In this document: one piece after another, positions 53,554 through 63,695 of the stretch
Layout: every line of letters starts with the position of its first letter
Numbering within the stretch: the stretch's first letter is position 1
Source: Cyanidioschyzon merolae
Lineage: Eukaryota
Assembly: GCA_000091205.1 (NCBI GenBank)
Contig: AP006500.2
Length of the DNA stretch: 64,000 bases
Reading direction: 5' to 3' (one strand)
Program-made: the position numbers and the translations under genes
The notes under the pieces: generated by a model
Database searches by the model: none
Told to the model about the DNA's origin: nothing
Seen by the model: only the letters and a program-made list of their open reading frames with translations

Positions 53554-55083
53554 TGAACTTGAGGCGTGAACTTGTGATCAGGTCTTCAAAGGACTACGTC
53601 GAGTTCTCTTCTTCGTCAATCTCGCGGGACGCTTCGTTGCGTCTGGGTGTTGCCATGAAGCAGAACGATCGAAAAATTGAAGTGTGCGTCACTTGCGCAT
53701 GCTGCAGGTAACGCTATGGGAAGAGCGGAGCCTTGTACCTTTCATTCGGATGAGGGCGCCGGGTATTTTACGGGAACCCTGTTGGAAGGCGTCAGGAATC
53801 ATACGCCGATTCGGGTGCCATCACGAATGCCAGCGGCACAGAACCAAATGATCCACTTCGAAAAGACGACTGAGCCCTCTAAAACACGTATGAATCCTTC
53901 ATCATTTATGACTGCACTTGGAATGTCGAAGATGTACCTCTAAAACGATTCCGAAACATCGAAAGGCATGAGCAGCTTGAGCAGATCGGTGTTCCAGTGT
54001 ATCGTCTGACACGGGTATTGCACATGCATCATGAACGCAAGCGAGTACGTGGGCGAGTGCAGCTATGTTCGTGTTCTGCGCGACTTTGAGACTCGTATTT
54101 GTGCCACCGCAAGGTTGTCGCACTGGTCGGGGCTCACCCTCGAGTCCAAGTCCCTGTGCAGTGGTGATGATCGCGACGCGACGTGTTCATGAATCGACCT
54201 TCACGACACAATGCTGCTGCAACCGAGAACAGTGATCCTCGCACGCGTTGCGTACATTGCGTGTTTACTACAGACAGCTTGGCTACGACGCTCGACTTGC
54301 TAACGCATCATCTTTTTTCATGATGCTATGTTCGCGAAGATTGTGTTTCGAAACAGTCCCTTGTGTAGCACTGCGGCTCGCAAGTCGCCCGCTTCTGACG
54401 CTTGGGTCGGTTTTGAGCAGCGAGCTCAAAACGGAAACGCCATTCGATGCTTACGGAATCCGGACGATGTGTCTCACACCTACCAATGGAGCAGACAAAT
54501 ATCAGACACATCCAATGCAGCGAATGAACACTAGTTACTTCCACAAGGCACGTTGCACAAGCAAGACTACTTGGGCTGGGAATTTCCAACCCATGTGACC
54601 CAAGCCCGAAATACGTCAGCGCTCGATAGCACCGTTGCAGCGACCAGCTTCGTAGGGAGAACGCTGCACCACCGGCTGCTTCAGACAACGTACCCTGCCG
54701 ATGAGGCAGGGTTCGATACCCGCTACCTATGCCGGCAGCACCACTGGCGCCACCACTACCGCGTTGCTCATGCTGCGCGTGCCCAGCGCGGTGTTCTCTC
54801 TGGATGGCGTCGGAGGCAGCGACAGCGTACCCAAATGACGTCTACATCAGGTCTGCGTCCTGCGCATATTGTTCGCGTGCGCTCTGGTTAGCTTCAGCGG
54901 TACCTGGTAAGCAGTGCTTGTCTCCGCAGCACCAGTTCCGGCGAGGACAAGAGCAGCGGTCCATAGCGCCTGCCAGAGGCAGTAGGCCTTGGCGCATCGC
55001 AACCGGCTCATGGAACGTCCAATGGCAACTGCGCACGTACCCAAAAACACATCCACAAACACAGACATACATAGCGCGTCGAT

Positions 55084-57033
55084 TTACAGTGCGCTTGTGT
55101 TCAGCGAGGAAATATAATCCTTCAAGCCGACTAGACCACTAGTATGACGCAGTTTTCGAAACGCAGCATTCTCTATCGCTCTAACCTCTTCACGCGGTAA
55201 ACGCACCAGCGCACCTACTTCATCAATTGTCTTGGCAATGCCCGAGTCCAGACCGTATCGCAAACGCACAACCCTCATTTCCACATGATTCAGCAACTGG
55301 AGGGAACGCTCGAGATCTTCACGAAGCATGCTCAGCTCAATTTGCTCCTCAGGCGAAGCGCTTTCATGCACGATCGAATCCGCAAGGGTTGTGCGGTCTC
55401 GTTCCGAGCCAGACTGGTTGTTCCCAAACCGAACCGAGGATTCCAGCGAGATGGTCTGCACTGCAAGCGAACGCAATTCACGCAAGCGCTTCCGGGATAT
55501 TCCCAACCGTTCACAGATATCCGCTTCGGTTGGTTCGCAGCCCCGTTCGATGCTCAGGTCGCGCGCGGCTTTGCGAACGGCGAGTATGCGATCATGCATA
55601 TGAACAGGAAGCCGAACGATACGACCTTGGTCCGCAAGCGCGCGCATGACGCTCTGTTTCACCCACCAGGTCGCGTAGGTGCTGAAACGACATCCGCGTC
55701 GGTCGTCGAACTTTTCTGCCGCCCGAATGAGGCCGAGCGAGCCCTCCTGGATGAGATCCTCCAGGGGCAGACCTTTGCGCATGTATCGCTTGGCAATGGA
55801 CACCACGAGTCGGAGGTTCGCTGCTACCATACGGTCCTTCGCTCGCCGTGCTTCGGCAAGGTTCCTGCGAAAGCGCTCTGGGTCGACACCGAGATGCTCT
55901 GCGAGTTCATCATCCGTTGGTGCTCGATCCAGTGCCCCGTGGAGCTCGATTCGCTTGCGCTCCCAATGCAAAAGCCGTGAAATCTGACGTGAAAGCGATA
56001 CTTCCTCCTCAGGGGTGAGCATATCCACACGTCCGATCATGCGCAAGTACCAGCGCAGGGTACTGCTCTCGCTGGAACGCGCACGAGGGGTTTCGGGATA
56101 TGTCTCCCACGCCAGCGGCTCATTGTCGGAAGGATCATCTTCACTGTAGTCGAGTTCCCGAATGCTCGGTCCGTCATCATCCGCTGCACGTTCGCTGTCC
56201 TGGATGCGTTCCCACCGGGCATTCACTACGGCGGATGGATTCGTAGAGAGGGATCGACGTGATCCTTGTGGCAACTTGTGAACTGCATCATTCAGAGATG
56301 TTGGGCTGAGTCGTTGGTCGGCATTGGACAACTGACGTTGCCGAGCTGGCCGGACACTCTTACTTGAACGTGTTTTCGCGCTCGGAGAGGTAGTTTCACG
56401 CATATGAGCTTGCCCAGGCCCGCCAGGGTGCTTCGCCTCCCAGTTTGGTACCGGCAGGCGATTATCCACGGAAACGAAAGTTTCCTCCAAAGGGGTTTGG
56501 AGCGGCGAATCAGGTACTGCCGACGTAGACTGGCCAACACGAAGCGTTGCAGCTCTCGCCTGACGACGACGCGAGCTGCCGGTTCGCTCGGGCGTACGCT
56601 GCGCACCGGAACTCGCATCCGGAGTCGTACCGCTGTCCACTGACTTGGGCACATGTTCACGCTGCTCGTCGCGTGCCACGGGACCTAGCGGTGCTGGGGC
56701 ACAAACACTGTTCGCCTCCGGCTCAAGTTTTCTAGCTCCATCAACAAAACCATGCTTTTCGAGAGCGTACTCAGCGCCTAGGTCTCGTGATCTGTTCGTG
56801 TTCGCGCAGCAGCGACAGCTGCGCAAGAGGCGCGGCTCGGCCACAACTAGCCTCACACCGCGACCAGGGCAAGTCTTGCCGTGCTGCAACCGCTGCCCGG
56901 CACGCGGCAGATCCAGTTGCTTTAGCGGGCGCACCCTCCATAGACCGAGCGTCGCCGTGACGAAACCTACACCGTCGCTGCTTAGCCTGCAGCAGCGCGC
57001 CTCAGCGCTCGCGGTACGTCCCTGCGTGAACAT
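55084..57033 (-). CDS. nuclear-encoded plastid RNA polymerase sigma factor (sigma-70 family) with long N-terminal extension
   Basis: All sigma-70 regions present: region 1.2/2 (RWYLRMIGRVDMLTPEEEVSL...AANLRLVVSIAKRYMRKGLPLEDLIQEGSLGLIRAAEKFDDRRGCRFSTYATWWVKQSV), region 3 (RIVRLPVHMHDRILAVRKA), region 4 (EMRVVRLRYGLDSGIAKTIDEVGALVRLPREEVRAIENAAFRKLR). Track start 57045 is GTG; first ATG is 57033. Confidence 0.9.
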   Translation of the reverse strand: MFTQGRTASAEARCCRLSSDGVGFVTATLGLWRVRPLKQLDLPRAGQRLQHGKTCPGRGVRLVVAEPRLLRSCRCCANTNRSRDLGAEYALEKHGFVDGARKLEPEANSVCAPAPLGPVARDEQREHVPKSVDSGTTPDASSGAQRTPERTGSSRRRQARAATLRVGQSTSAVPDSPLQTPLEETFVSVDNRLPVPNWEAKHPGGPGQAHMRETTSPSAKTRSSKSVRPARQRQLSNADQRLSPTSLNDAVHKLPQGSRRSLSTNPSAVVNARWERIQDSERAADDDGPSIRELDYSEDDPSDNEPLAWETYPETPRARSSESSTLRWYLRMIGRVDMLTPEEEVSLSRQISRLLHWERKRIELHGALDRAPTDDELAEHLGVDPERFRRNLAEARRAKDRMVAANLRLVVSIAKRYMRKGLPLEDLIQEGSLGLIRAAEKFDDRRGCRFSTYATWWVKQSVMRALADQGRIVRLPVHMHDRILAVRKAARDLSIERGCEPTEADICERLGISRKRLRELRSLAVQTISLESSVRFGNNQSGSERDRTTLADSIVHESASPEEQIELSMLREDLERSLQLLNHVEMRVVRLRYGLDSGIAKTIDEVGALVRLPREEVRAIENAAFRKLRHTSGLVGLKDYISSLNTSAL

Positions 57034-57359
57034 TGCCCAAGCCACGTCTGTCTCGATGCCCTCCCAAATTCAAGAAATAGGAGTCCAGCTCGAAGAACCA
57101 AGCTTCACCAAGTAGCCTTTTTGAGCAGAGCACGTCCCTGGTTCGACAAATGGGAGTACCACGAACGACAACCGCCTTTCAAAAGAAAAACGCTGTCACT
57201 GGCCGTATACAGTCGTGGCGGCGAATGCGCGTAGACAAAACGCCTCCAACTGACGCGCAGACGCTTCCGAGGCTTTCTCGACCGGCCACCCACGACTGCT
57301 TCCAATTGTTTCTAATATAGTTCCACTTTGGGATGTTGTCCAACAATGTTTTCTCATGT

Positions 57360-58578
57360 CTACGCTGGAGGTCTCTTCTCCAGCACCGCACATCTCCGGA
57401 TATTGATTGCGGCGTTAAAGTCTCGGTTCACAAACTCCATCCGTTTCTTGCCATCGTTGGTTGTACTTACGAATGCGAGTAGCCCTCGAACTTTCGCCCT
57501 CCTTTCCATTTGCTCCTCCGTCAGCGGTCCGAACTTTTTTATATCCTCAGGGCTCCGCTGGCACTTTTCCATATCGACCCGCTGGAGTGTACACCTCAGC
57601 CCGTGGTGTGTATACGATGTTCGGAACTCATCTACAGGTATCGTAACGAAACGCCTTGCGCACTGCTTGTACGTTCTTGTCGTTGGAGCTGGCGTACACC
57701 CTTTTCGGGTCTTCCAGCGCCCTGCTCCGCGTGCTACTACGAGCCTCTGACTTTTATCCTCTTTGAAGGCGCTCATTGGAAAAATTCGCAGATGCACGCT
57801 GCCTCCCACCGTATAGATGAATACGTAGACGAGCCCAAAAGGGCTTTGTGTACTCTTTCCACAGCGCCTCACAATGAGCAACACGAATTTCCATGAATTT
57901 CAGAAACGCTTTAAAGTCCGCTCCGCGGCAAGTCACCTCGCTCAAAGCTTCCCGGTGATCCTTCATTCCATCGTTCTACGTCTCAATTTTCTTCCTTGCA
58001 TTCATGATTCCCGATTCTCGATAGTATCTCGCTCTCGAGAACCTCAACAGACGCACGTCTTTCTGACGCAAGTTGCCGTCGGTATCATCTCCCCCACGCT
58101 TGGGTACAGCGACGGTTATAATATTCGTGTTCCCGGGGTCCGCGCCACCGACAAAGCAATTCTCATGCACTTTCCGCGTCGCAGGACCCGCCTCCTTCTT
58201 TTTTTCATGCTTCGTCGCGCCAACCGTAAAGTCGTTAGCTTGCACTTTCTGTGTCGCAGGATCCTTCTCCTTCTCATCTTCATGCTTCGTCAGCGGCGGA
58301 ACTGGACGATCCACCTTCAACCGCCGATAGTGTACACACAGGGCTACTCCATCGGTTTCGATCAACCCAGTGAACAACTTTTGCTTGCTTATTTTGAGAC
58401 GTTTGAAAACGAAGATATTCTTCCAGTGCATCTCCCTGTTCTCACCTGTGAACTCTGCCCTCCTTACATCGAACTCGGGACTGATCTCCTTCATGATGCC
58501 ATGAAGGACTCTGGAGCCGGTAGTAACAAAATGTGACTTGATGGTGCACATTGGAACGACGTTGGAGCGCTTCCCCAT
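57360..58578 (-). pseudogene. TnpB/Fanzor-like nuclease core (RuvC-I through RuvC-III), interrupted by one frameshift/stop between 57884 and 57976
   Basis: Segment 58578-57976 starts with ATG (MGKRSNVVP...). If joined across the frameshift the two parts give ~400 aa, the TnpB/Fanzor2 size range. The catalytic triad residues D (GADPG), E (DEFRTS) and D (NRDFNAAINI) all appear intact. Confidence 0.55.
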
Positions 58579-59425
58579 TAGGGCCGCCTTCCGTCTCTCC
58601 CACTCTTCATTTTTTCGTCACTCAGCTTTATTTCCGCCTTGCGTTCTGGCGCTCGGTCCAGAAACGCGAAATAGCACAGAATGAGGCGATAGTATCTTTC
58701 ATTATCTTTTTTCAGCTCTGATATCTTTTCTCTTGAATTCGCCAGCCCCGAGACTGCACGGTGCTCTTGTATAACAGCACGGATTACAGAAGCTTCATTC
58801 GTGCTCCTGCGTGATTTCTTCTCGTCGACGAATTCGATCTAATCTTCATGCTTGCGATCGTTCGTGATACCGTTGATAATCGCCCATATTCCTTTGCGAG
58901 ACAGGCCCGGGTAAATTGCAAACACGGCGCATATCATAAAACGTTCGAGGTTCATCCTCAAATGCTTCTTCAGGTTCGTGAGGTACTTCATCGCCCCGTA
59001 TGTGTAAGTATCCCGGTCACCCCTGTATCGAGTACCCTCGAAGCGGAATTCCGCGAAGTTTTCGTGGAGGACGTGCACTAGCTCATTTTCCGTCCGCGTT
59101 TCCCCTGTGCCAAGCATCAGGTGACGAATAAAGGTCTTGTCGAAAACTCGTCCGGAATCTCGACTGTTTCCGTATGCGCCACGTCTTCGTACATCTCCCT
59201 CGCCATATGCATGACTCCTAAAGAAGCCTTTATAACACTCATGGGGTACGAATCGACACGGTTCCTGATAGCGTCTCGCAACTTTTCCTTGTAGGGATCC
59301 TTGATATGTTTACGAAGACAGGCGTTTACCACCATCTCGTCGTACTTTCGTCTTTCGTACAGCATGTAAAGTCGGGTCTCCTGCCTTAGCTTCTTCGTCT
59401 TCTCCTGCTCCACTTGGCTCGGCAC
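57360..59425 (-). mobile_element. TnpB/Fanzor-like (OMEGA-family RuvC nuclease) element, fragmented by frameshifts
   Basis: Four consecutive minus-strand ORFs in frames 1, 2, 0, 2: 59425-59117, 59117-58839 (TGATG stop/start overlap), 58578-57976, 57884-57360. Third segment: [16 protein letters not shown]...[17 protein letters not shown] (RuvC-I), then [17 protein letters not shown]. Fourth segment: VTIPVDEFRTSYTHHG (RuvC-II, DExxTS) with partial Zn-finger cysteines, then EFVNRDFNAAINIRRC (RuvC-III, RDxNAAxNI). The whole block is AT-richer than its surroundings. Confidence 0.65.
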
Positions 59426-59802
59426 TCTGTTTCGCTTTCTCTGGCAGCCGGCGAGGTTGTACCACCGGTATCATCCACTTGCTTCTCCATACGTTTCCAT
59501 TTTTGAAAAAGAACGCGCTTTGATCGCTTCTGCTATGTAGCGCGAAAAATCAATCGAATACACCCCCCCTGAGGATTGAAACACAATGGAACTGAGAAGC
59601 TATACTTGCGGCCACTTTCACACAAATACACCCTGTACGATAGAACAACACGCGAAAGATCAGAATCGCGTTTCCCTTCAACGGCGACATGCGCGTCATG
59701 TCTCGTGACTGCCGGATCTCCCGGGTGCGCGTATCGAGCGCACTATGTACCAACAAGAACATAGACTAACGATAAACTACCAACGATACAAAAATTCCTT
59801 TC

Positions 59803-60390
59803 CCCTCTACGATAAACGTTGAACGTGGGAAACCGCTTCCGTACTGTCGAAAGTTAGCCTTCTTGACGGAAGGTCCCGCGAGCCGGACGAGTCTGTCACG
59901 TTTGTGTTTCATGCTGCACTCAGTGGCAGGTACTTCAGTGGCAGGTACTTCAGTGAAATCTGAGCCACTCGTCCGCAACGCAGTTTCCTCTGAGACTAGG
60001 GGCAGTTAAGCTGTGTCTGGGCGTCGCCCATGTTGCAACTATCTCCGAGCATATCGCTTGGCGCTGCTGCAGGCAGTAGGGCTGTCTGCCCAGTTTTCAG
60101 GCTCCCAGAATGACAATTAGCTCTGATTCCGTGTCAGGTGTAGTATTCGTCGGGCCGACACCATCGGGAGTATGGCAAAGCCGTTCTGGCTACGTGCAGC
60201 ATCTGCTCCAGCGGTGTAGGCGCTGCAGCGGGTGCTCAGCGCAGGCACTCGGCACACGGTAGAACGTTCGAAACGATCAGTATACCCGAGATGAAGAGTA
60301 AGTAATGGAACTTGAAGGTAGGATGCATGATGATGGGCGCTTCCCCGAAAGCCATTATCTATGCCGCAATCTGAGATCCATGGTTCATGT
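59803..60390. repeat. dispersed repeat family, copy 2 (see copy 1 at 17890-18470), abutting the 5' side of the TnpB/Fanzor-like element
   Basis: See copy 1. Includes the local duplication cagtggcaggtacttcagtggcaggtacttcagtg. Confidence 0.6.
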
Positions 60391-61678
60391 AAACGTTTTG
60401 ATATCGAAAAAAAAATCGCTACCGCCATTGTCATCCCCGCGGATCCATCAACTGGTGATCGCCTCGTCCATGATCTGTTTCATTGCACAGGTCGCTCGAT
60501 GGACAAGCGTTCCTCAACTGCGCGCTTGAGATGAGCGATCGGGAAAGCATCCATCGATCTAGGTCCTGCCTCCAAGTTCCGTGGTGCATACGTCTCCTCC
60601 GAGTGTACTCGTTATCTCTTATGTTCTGTGGTATGCGTCGAGGCTGTTGTGAGCGTTTGCGATAGCGCGTGTAGCGTCGATGCGCACGCAGCCCCGAGGT
60701 CATGTCCACGAAGCGGTTTGTGTGCACGGCCGCCGATGTATTGCTAGTGAAACATGTCGATACAGTGGATCGGGAGTGCTCTGGATGCACTGGTGCTGTC
60801 GGCAGCTGGGGAATGGACACTTGTTTCTTCTCGGATATGGCAGCGTCGTGATGCCTGCAGACCAATTTCCTAGACGAGAATCGGGATTCATAGCATAGAC
60901 GCTTGAACGCTGCGCCCTATCAAACCGCTGGTAGCGGAGCCTGTGGCAGCGCGCAACCCTATACGCCCGCTCGTGCCGCGGAGCATGGCGCAGGCTTCAT
61001 GGTATTCGCGCATGCGTTCAAAAAAGGGTCCCGGAGTGCATCGCTGCCCGTTCCACTGAGGTCGCAGGCTCACCGATACCGCCTCATCGATCCTGGGGCC
61101 GTTCATATCAGTGGATGGAGGTGCTGCGTGATGAAACTACGCAGAGAGGTTTTACCTGGATTCAGACTGCAGCAGGAAGCACGCCTTCGTTCAGTCTCGA
61201 GAGTGCTTGCCTCAGCAGCAGCGCAGTGTCATTTGCCATGAAAACCTACGCAGGTGTCCCAGCGGTCCAGCGTCGCGAGAGGCTACGGATAGCAGCTCCC
61301 CCCGGATCGATGCAGATGCAATTGCGGCTAGGCGAAACCGATATCTGTGCCCGGCACGAATCGTGAATGTGGATACGTATACGGATGCATCCATAAGTGC
61401 GTCCATCGCTCGCCAAGGTCGATGCAGCGTCCGTTATTGCGCAAAAAACGACGATTCCGTGGACCTTCAGCGAAAAGGCGAGCTGCGCTCCACATTCCAT
61501 CTCCCCTGTGCTGCAGGCTCCTGTTCGGCGCAACGCATCTATAGACACGATGCAGCGCTCGTGGTAGCCTGTGGCGAAAATTCGATCGAGTTGTCTCTCA
61601 GAGACCACATGAATGGCCACTAGATGAACGCCAGGGGGTGCCTCGGGGCTCGCGCTCGCGACCCCGAATCCCTTTGGA

Positions 61679-62908
61679 TCACGATTTGAAGCGCCGCTCA
61701 AAAGCCTGCAACGTGTTCAAGAGCAGCATCGCAATCGTCATCGGTCCGACACCGCCAGGTACCGGTGTGATCAGGGCAGCGCGCTCTTTCGCGGTATCGA
61801 ACTCGACGTCTCCGACGAGACGATAGCCGCGGGGCGCAGACTCATCTGGTACTGAATTGATACCCACGTCAATGACAACCGCCCCGGGCTTAATCCAGCT
61901 ACCCTTGACAAAGTTCGCGCGGCCAATCGCTGCCACGACGATATCCGCCCGTCCGACCTGCTCTGCAATGTCCGCCGTCCGGCTGTGACAGACGGTAACC
62001 GTGGCATTCCGCTGCAGCAACAGGAGCGCCATCGGTAAACCGACGACATTGCTTCGGCCGAGCACAACGGCATGCTTGCCCTCTATCTTCACACTGGCCC
62101 GGTCGAGTAGTTCCAGGCAGCCGCGCGGCGTGCACGCGATCGCCAGCGGTGGATACAGCGGACTCTTCAAACACAGACGCCCGATGTTCAACGGATGGAA
62201 GCCATCCACATCCTTCTCCAGAGATATCTCTTGCAGAACACGCTCACTTTTGATATGCTCTGGTAACGGCAGCTGAATTAGAATGCCGTCTATACTGTCA
62301 TCCGCGTTCAGCCGACGAACCAAGGAAGTGAGCTCCTCTTCTGAGACGCTCTCCTCCAGCGCAAATAACAGCGAGTGAATCCCAACCTCCTCACAGGCTT
62401 TTCGTTTGTTCCGCACGTAGGTCTGAGAGTCCGTTCTTGAACCAACAATAATAACGGCAAGGCCGGGAACCCTACCGTATTGGTTGCTCAGTTCCCGTAC
62501 CCTGCCTCCTATTTCGTTCTTTACCTGGTTCGCTATCGCTTTCCCGTCCAGTAGTCGCGACGCTGCGCTATGGTTCTGCATAGCAACTGGTGGACCCAAA
62601 GACTGTACCGGGTGTTTCAACGTCCCTGTGTCTGAGAAACTTCCCAACTGGAGGCGAAGCGCAACCCGCTGCTCTGCAGGAAGCCTCGCGTGCTCTGCTG
62701 CTGCTGCTGCGAAGCGATAGCGTCGACGCCGCGAGCACTGTGCCGAGGCCACCCGCGACCCCGGTGTGCGCTGCCGTCCACTGCAGCGTTGCCCAAACCA
62801 GGAGCCTTGTGGGGTGAAGCCCGGTGCCAGGTACCGTGTTCCACTAGGACTATGTTGAAGGACAACGGGTGCAGTTGTGCGTAAGCCTACACGAGGGGCG
62901 TTTCCCAT
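61679..62908 (-). CDS. bifunctional methylenetetrahydrofolate dehydrogenase/cyclohydrolase (FolD/MTHFD) with ~100-aa N-terminal extension
   Basis: LLDGKAIANQVKNEIGGRVREL...PGLAVIIVGSRTDSQTYVRNKRKACEEVGIHS...IDGILIQLPLPEHI...DVDGFHPLNIGRL...GRSNVVGLPMALLLLQRNATVTVCHSRT...PVPGGVGPMTIAMLLLNTL. ATG at 62908. Confidence 0.85.
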   Translation of the reverse strand: MGNAPRVGLRTTAPVVLQHSPSGTRYLAPGFTPQGSWFGQRCSGRQRTPGSRVASAQCSRRRRYRFAAAAAEHARLPAEQRVALRLQLGSFSDTGTLKHPVQSLGPPVAMQNHSAASRLLDGKAIANQVKNEIGGRVRELSNQYGRVPGLAVIIVGSRTDSQTYVRNKRKACEEVGIHSLLFALEESVSEEELTSLVRRLNADDSIDGILIQLPLPEHIKSERVLQEISLEKDVDGFHPLNIGRLCLKSPLYPPLAIACTPRGCLELLDRASVKIEGKHAVVLGRSNVVGLPMALLLLQRNATVTVCHSRTADIAEQVGRADIVVAAIGRANFVKGSWIKPGAVVIDVGINSVPDESAPRGYRLVGDVEFDTAKERAALITPVPGGVGPMTIAMLLLNTLQAFERRFKS

Positions 62909-63188
62909 GAAAACGCTCGGACTCTAGAGGCGTCTCTCTCGATCGGCCTCTGCCGACCTCTCTGGTACACTGGAGGGCATCCCGTCGGCGGGGCAGGCGC
63001 GCCGGTCTCTAGACGCCAATGCGCCGACATGTCGAGATGCGCGCTGCTGGCGATGCCGCTAGGGCGACATTCCAGCACACTGAAGGCTTCTGCTAGCTGT
63101 TTGTTCACTTTATGGACAGTTAGATCGACTTCTTGGCATATCGAAAGCGCTATATAATACGTACGGAGGCGAATAGACTGTGTGGAGT

Positions 63189-63695
63189 ATGGTATATTTC
63201 GAACATGCGTTGATGTGCGGGAAAACTGCAGTACTCGGTGAGCGCAGGTTGCAGGCGTTTGTTTTCAGTGCAGCGGCGGGGCGCCTCGCTGCTGGGGGCC
63301 ACGTGCCACGTTGCCGGGGACGTCCTTCACGAGGGATGCAACGCTTCTATCAGCGAGCGACGAAAGGGGCTCTTGGGTTTCGTGAACCTGTGCGGAGCGA
63401 GCTGGCACTCGATGGTGGTGGTGGTGGCGGCCAATCACTAGAGGCCCTCGGAACGTTGCCGACTGATGCCGAGTCTCAGCAGTACCTCGCGGACATCGAA
63501 CGGTTACGGGCTCTTGATCCCGAGACCTGCCCTACCTGCAAAAACGCAGGTATGATTCAGTGCCCGGCCTGCAATGGTTCGGGTTTGCGGCCGGCGAAGC
63601 CGGATGAGGTGTATCGTTTCTTCTGCGAGACGTGCCTGGGAAAGAAGCTGGTGCGCTGTCCCGACTGTCCAGGGCGGTGCCTCAGCTGCGGTTGA
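63189..63695 (+). CDS. DnaJ-type zinc-finger domain protein (BSD2/ZnJ-like, probably organelle-targeted)
   Basis: C-terminal four CxxCxGxG-like motifs: CPTCKNAG, CPACNGSG, CETCLGKK, CPDCPGRC. N-terminal region is rich in R/A/G. Track start 63180 is GTG; first ATG is 63189. Confidence 0.6.
   Translation: MVYFEHALMCGKTAVLGERRLQAFVFSAAAGRLAAGGHVPRCRGRPSRGMQRFYQRATKGALGFREPVRSELALDGGGGGGQSLEALGTLPTDAESQQYLADIERLRALDPETCPTCKNAGMIQCPACNGSGLRPAKPDEVYRFFCETCLGKKLVRCPDCPGRCLSCG

Noticed and set aside
58839-59425. Upstream ORF pair considered as an IS200/IS605-type TnpA (HUH Y1 transposase) partnered with TnpB
   Set aside because: The only candidate motif, HVLH, has two residues between the histidines and so is not an HUH. 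No convincing catalytic-Tyr context. More likely the N-terminal (WED/REC-like) portion of the same nuclease, or unrelated sequence.
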